From an archaeon (GTDB taxonomy: Archaea; Nanobdellota; Nanobdellia; Woesearchaeales; GW2011-AR15): a stretch of DNA of 64,000 nucleotides. This document shows, in pieces, positions 63,501 through 64,000 of the stretch. Position numbers and translations under genes: made by a program. The notes beneath the pieces were generated by a model. The model ran no database searches. It worked only from the letters and a program-made list of their open reading frames with translations, and was not told the DNA's origin. Numbering within the stretch: position 1 is the first letter of the stretch; every line of letters begins with the position of its first letter. The DNA lies in NCBI GenBank assembly GCA_043801855.1, contig JAZDLQ010000098.1, forward strand, positions 2,356 through 66,355, written 5' to 3'.

Positions 63501-63655
63501 AGCGAAAACGTTGTGTATTGTGGATAGCCTCCGCATAGGTCAACACTTACTGGAGACATAGATGTTACCTGAACTGAGCCTGCTATTCCTGATTGCATGA
63601 GAGTAAAAACTATCAGAAGCAATATTACTGCCTTGATAATTTTTTCAGCTCTCAT
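60599..63655 (-). CDS. Type I membrane surface protein (1018 aa): signal peptide, beta-sandwich domains, FN3 domain, coiled coil, single TM, cytoplasmic DUF5752-like tail
   Basis: Signal 'AVILLLIVFTLMQSGIAGS'. FN3 'PPTDVRSIDAQADSDGNIQIKWYY...YYYKVAAVDKAGNIGPLS'. TM 'LFMLAGVGLLVSLLLYYLVAI'. Tail '...FYNHVNNQKNDFANWIASVF'. Confidence 0.7.
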   Translation of the reverse strand: MRAEKIIKAVILLLIVFTLMQSGIAGSVQVTSMSPVSVDLCGGYPQYTTFSLTGIRNLESVPLTSVAATLYVTGNSGLSFITPQSINIGDIAVNSVSGTVPTWILQCNNPHDGVYYAYVNFTSANGYKATTLDNNAYSTVIVHGQALLLVNATLIEGARINSSGSESVPVLLDSTPTIKVTTNKDSVCKGSLDANEAYDAMDFIFYGAATTHEYTFLTPISQGAHTVFVQCKDSQENLLPNAIELKFIIDTTIPEIQVTSSLTTTTDYTLLSITTAKKAECRYGTDNDKFSDLDEFENSEETSFSTVVEGLDLGENEYYILCKDSNGNFAEREIIIKYEKAPAAKITLSDISPVKAGIIEIRLDTSKTLRSIPKLSYSFTDSNTFTREISLIKASGYYSGYMVIEKSDLPRVGVFSFSGTDLTGIVGTEITEGKNFLVDTIPPTDVRSIDAQADSDGNIQIKWYYDGEEEENFNVYRSASSGVDYIHYFKKTADDEFTDEEVIAGTTYYYKVAAVDKAGNIGPLSREVSKLAAKSGAATAALANVDVPKYDTLIDFNKTLKSIEKLEIDINWAENALNEQKGKESAIDELALVKKVLDAKGELSKLKAQFKDINPLTYTNADLLQHISRAKSIVNNLQKTTPQKLDVVKKTELVQPISNADVDEAVAEVTRDTNYTNSQLKYYKEKIYAFSGNIKITSEIKTLSIVYLFGNTEGRVLVTKKVTYESPEELTNVKLLEIIPKTVASDLGTVDIKTPDYVIIKQDPIVGWNLVKLSYDQFEIKYFILTEDTSESAKNTKTVVLLRPESVIKPSSNLVTGFVSQISRISPYGLMQTLFMLAGVGLLVSLLLYYLVAIQEVKFGKVGEIMARFIPNKKGEQEAVPVGQALSNEQKTFVQEKLVPIQPPEIKIEVHENKQTPSVAGNIAAAQSLNHIVLDYNLITSPSQYFFLSNGDVIRSIEEFFSIVPELDEATFYNHVNNQKNDFANWIASVFHMPGLGEAIQMAKTKEELVTIISSIKK

Positions 63656-63852
63656 TTTTTCATCTTGTCAAGTATATTTTTGTCTTTTTCAATAGCTTCA
63701 GATATAGCTTTTTCAAAAAATTCGTTAAGTGTAATGTTTTTCAGAACAGCGATCACTTTGGCTTTTAAGTGTATATCCTCGTCGAGGACAATGTTAACTC
63801 TTTTTTGTTTTGCCATTGATAATTCGCTTTTAGCGTCTATTGTTTTAGCCAA
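63652..63852 (-). CDS. Ribbon-helix-helix (CopG/Arc-like) DNA-binding protein
   Basis: 'KRVNIVLDEDIHLKAKVIAVLKNITLNEFFEKAISEAIEKD' fits a beta-strand/helix/helix pattern. Its TGA overlaps the ATG of the 1018-aa gene (ATGA at 63652-63655). Confidence 0.6.
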   Translation of the reverse strand: MAKTIDAKSELSMAKQKRVNIVLDEDIHLKAKVIAVLKNITLNEFFEKAISEAIEKDKNILDKMKK

Positions 63853-64000
63853 CAGTATACTAAATTGGCTACTACATGATAAATATAATATATCACATTT
63901 ATATATTTTTCTATAGTTTTATACATTTTATTATACTTATGATGTTTTTCGGTAAAATAACGACAAATTAATTGATGCAAAATTATTAAATTATACTTGA

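Noticed and set aside
1-64000. Looked for rRNA, tRNA (T-loop GTTCGAAT/GGTTCAAAT-like strings, cloverleaf-sized GC islands) and CRISPR-like regularly spaced repeats.
   Set aside because: I found none by eye. The only regularly structured non-coding stretches are the hairpin array at 4343-4690 and the MITE-like element, and neither has repeat-spacer periodicity. A tRNAscan or Infernal run would be needed to be certain.

Overview
AT-rich, very gene-dense prokaryotic window. I see no rRNA, tRNA or CRISPR array. The gene content suggests an uncultivated anaerobic archaeon of the DPANN kind, though that assignment is inference only. Supporting signs are an Ogg2-type glycosylase, a DUF134/NifX-like/MinD-ferredoxin neighbourhood, TATA-like boxes about 27-30 nt upstream of some start codons, and huge sequon-rich surface proteins. 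Layout: (1) 1-3.2 kb is an O2-detox cluster: SOR 3' end, ferritin, flavodiiron protein, glutaredoxin-like protein and a TrxR-like flavoprotein. (2) 3.2-9.6 kb is housekeeping (pentapeptide protein, PepF, K+ channel, Nth+Ogg), interrupted by a 429-bp non-coding gap packed with hairpins. (3) 9.6-10.7 kb is a deletion scar fusing a wHTH regulator remnant to the 3' half of a copper P-type ATPase. (4) Next come an FTR-like/thioredoxin pair, a two-component system and secreted proteins. (5) 15.9-29.4 kb holds about 23 tightly packed minus-strand genes for Fe-S, metal and thiol functions: NifX-like, MinD-ferredoxin ATPases, MBL-fold proteins, SAM MTases, G3E GTPase, ABC ATPase, ferredoxin, thioredoxins, CcdA fusion, ferritin-like protein, DUF5320, CDF, Mrp and DUF134. 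It also includes two sub-60-aa ORFs missing from the ORF track. (6) Then a frameshifted zupT, an ABC-2 exporter and mgtC. (7) An orphan divergent gene pair sits next to a 104-bp MITE-like element with 15-bp TIRs and a 9-bp target duplication. (8) guaA-guaB and mscS follow. (9) 40.8-63.9 kb is one co-directional, partly translationally coupled surface-protein operon: RHH protein, then 1018-, 319-, 310-, 4008- and 1367-aa proteins. Wedged into it are a DpnA-like m6A methyltransferase and a nuclease-less DpnI remnant, separated by 59 bp containing seven GATC sites. That cassette, the 23-gene metal/redox array and the module shared by three surface proteins are my best candidates for undescribed biology. 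All homology statements come from motif recognition by eye or memory, not from searches.
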